Origin: Cupriavidus necator
Lineage (GTDB): Bacteria; Pseudomonadota; Gammaproteobacteria; Burkholderiales; Burkholderiaceae
Reading direction: 5' to 3'
DNA length: 32,000 bases
Assembly: GCF_016127575.1 (NCBI RefSeq)
Contig: NZ_CP066018.1
Span: 3,780,001 to 3,812,000, forward strand
Shown: piece after piece, positions 30,337-32,000 of the stretch
Position numbering within the stretch: the first letter of the stretch is position 1
How the letters are laid out: the number at the start of each line of letters is the position of its first letter
Notes under the pieces: generated by a model
Databases searched by the model: none
What the model was told of the DNA's origin: nothing
The model's input: only the letters and a program-made list of their open reading frames with translations
Position numbers and translations under genes: made by a program

Positions 30337-32000
30337 TCACTTCCGCTCATCGGCAGCCCCTGCCCCGAGCGCCTCGAGCAGCGGCCGCAAGGCATCGAGC
30401 TCCGCGCCAAAGCCGCTCCAGTCCCCCGCCTTCAAACGCTCGACGGCGCGGTCATAGTGCGCGAGTGCTTCGCGCGCGCGGGCGTTCGCTGCGCCCTGCG
30501 CCGGAATCGCCGCCGGCGCGGATTCCTTGAACAGGGCCGCAAGCGCTGCGCCCAGGGTGTCCTCCATGACCACGCGATCGCCATAGGCGGCGATCACCCG
30601 CTTGAGTTCGGGCAACTGGCCGGACTCCGCACGCAGGTAGAGCGGCGAGACATAGAGGATGGAGTTCTCGATCGGCACGACCTGCAGATGGCCGCGGATG
30701 ACGCGCGAGCCCATCTGGTTCCACAGCGAAATCTGCTGCGAGATCTCGGTATTCTGCTGGATGCGCGCCTCGATCTGGAACGGCCCGTAGACCAGCTTTT
30801 CCTTGGGGAAGGTGTAGGCGACGAGCTTGCCGTAGTTGGGGGGATCGGAGCGCGCAGCCAGCCAGGCGATCATGTTCTCGCGCTGGCTCGGCACCATCGG
30901 CAGCATCAGGACGAACTCGGCGCGCGGTTCGTCCGGCAGCCGCAGGATCATGTAGTAGGGCATCATCCGCGCGGCGGGCGTGTTCCCTGTGCTCATGCCG
31001 GTCAGCTGGCGAGGAAACTCCCACAGATCCTCGCGGTTATAGAAGACTTCTGCCGCTTCCATGTGGTAGGCGCGGTAGATCCGCGCCTGGATCAGGAACA
31101 GGTCCTCAGGGTAGCGGATATGCCGCTGCAGGTCCTGCGACATGGCGCCCAGCGGCCTGAACATGCCCGGGAAGATGCGCTGGTACACCTGCACGATCGG
31201 ATCGGCCGGGTCGCTGGTGTAGAAGTCGACCGTGCCGTTGTACGCATCGATCACGACCTTGACGGCGTTGCGGATGTAGTTGGCGCCGCCACCGGTGCCG
31301 GGCTGCGAATAAGGGAACCAGCGGCTGGTAGTGTAGGCGTCCTGGATCCAGTAGAGGCGACCATCGCTCACGACCACATAGGGGTCATGGTCGAGGCTGA
31401 GGAACGGCGCAATCGTGCGCACGCGGTTCCGGATATTGCGATGGAGCAGGATGCGGCTTTCCTGCGTGATGTAGCCGCTCAGCAGGATATTGGGATCGCC
31501 GAGATGCCAGGCGAACAGGGTCCGGCGCGCAATGCCGCCGATTCCGATGCCGTCGCGCCCGCGATAGGCCGTATAGACGTTGTCCTTGCCCTTGGGGTAG
31601 TCGAACTCGGGCACGCTGCCTTTGACGATGACATAGCCTTTGCCGCCTTCACCGAAATAGAGGCGCGGCTCCTGGATGACCGGGCCGCCGTCGGAGAGCG
31701 GGGGAATGTCATGCAGATAGAGCGAGGGCAGGCCTTCGGCGGATTTCTCGGTGACCGGCGACATCACCACGCCATTGCCATGGGTGAACAACAGATGCAG
31801 GTTCACCCAGGTCTGGGCATTGGCCGGAATCAGTGCCGGCTCAAGCTCCCGCGCCGACAGCATGACCTGCTGGTAGCCAGCGCCGAGCTGGTAGCGGTCG
31901 ATGTCCGTCGCGAGGAACTTGTAATAGGTCCTGATCTCCTGCAGCTGCGCATAGGTATCGCGCAGCGGCTGCAGGTCCCACAGGCGGATGTTGTCGATGG
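30337..32000 (-). CDS. UPF0182 family large membrane-associated protein, C-terminal ~550 aa (N-terminus beyond window)
   Basis: The frame stays open upstream of the listed Met (31863) to the window end (...DIDRYQLGAGYQQVMLSAREL...). Family-like blocks are present: YTTSRWFPYSQP, DAYNGTVDFY, FPRQL, MPYYMILRLPDE, AEFVLMLPMVPSQRENMIAWLAARSD, GKLVAYTFPKEKLVYGPFQIEARI, ISLWNQMGSRVIRGHLQVVPIENSILYVSPLYLRAE. Confidence 0.75.
   Translation of the reverse strand, partial: IDNIRLWDLQPLRDTYAQLQEIRTYYKFLATDIDRYQLGAGYQQVMLSARELEPALIPANAQTWVNLHLLFTHGNGVVMSPVTEKSAEGLPSLYLHDIPPLSDGGPVIQEPRLYFGEGGKGYVIVKGSVPEFDYPKGKDNVYTAYRGRDGIGIGGIARRTLFAWHLGDPNILLSGYITQESRILLHRNIRNRVRTIAPFLSLDHDPYVVVSDGRLYWIQDAYTTSRWFPYSQPGTGGGANYIRNAVKVVIDAYNGTVDFYTSDPADPIVQVYQRIFPGMFRPLGAMSQDLQRHIRYPEDLFLIQARIYRAYHMEAAEVFYNREDLWEFPRQLTGMSTGNTPAARMMPYYMILRLPDEPRAEFVLMLPMVPSQRENMIAWLAARSDPPNYGKLVAYTFPKEKLVYGPFQIEARIQQNTEISQQISLWNQMGSRVIRGHLQVVPIENSILYVSPLYLRAESGQLPELKRVIAAYGDRVVMEDTLGAALAALFKESAPAAIPAQGAANARAREALAHYDRAVERLKAGDWSGFGAELDALRPLLEALGAGAADERK

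Noticed and set aside
29034-30410. 458-aa minus-strand ORF (also 28194-28928) opposite the CoA-ligase gene
   Set aside because: These are shadow ORFs. The plus-strand frame is collinear with Acs along its whole length.
1-32000. Mobile elements, CRISPR arrays, tRNA/rRNA genes, known defence-system genes
   Set aside because: On reading both strands I saw no transposase, integrase or recombinase-like ORF, no regularly spaced direct repeats, no tRNA-like cloverleaf candidates, and no nuclease, helicase or methylase defence signatures. A by-eye scan can miss small RNAs.

Overview
This window is high-GC, densely coding proteobacterial DNA with a strong G/C preference at third codon positions. By gene content it is probably Burkholderiales (Cupriavidus/Ralstonia-like), possibly a secondary replicon; that is inference. 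I recognised no rRNA, tRNA, CRISPR array, transposase or integrase. Gene order: cyoB (5' partial)-cyoC-cyoD; a siroheme sulfite/nitrite reductase with an overlapping DUF934 partner; a short, visibly lower-GC islet with small orphan ORFs; an MFS transporter; a decayed hemerythrin-like gene. Next comes a LysR regulator divergent from a four-component Rieske (NagG/AndAc-type) aromatic-acid oxygenase plus an AAHS transporter, then a small exported His-rich protein and a class II amidotransferase. An ~11.3 kb same-strand block follows: an rpoD paralogue, a DUF2760-like protein, two tandem atypical Hsp70 paralogues with overlapping start/stop codons, a protein-L-isoaspartate methyltransferase with a signal peptide, an 816-aa polytopic membrane protein with a spermidine-synthase-like/SAM-methyltransferase core, and an orphan J-domain protein. 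The window ends with three small minus-strand genes (hypothetical, PA2169-type four-helix bundle, ACT domain), an Acs-family CoA ligase and a partial UPF0182 gene. The best candidate for an undescribed system is the translationally coupled DUF2760/Hsp70/Hsp70 triad, together with the linked sigma factor, J-protein and protein-repair genes. All family calls come from by-eye motif recognition and recalled family signatures; no searches or computations were run. Many long antisense or alternate-frame ORFs in the track are high-GC shadow ORFs and were discarded.
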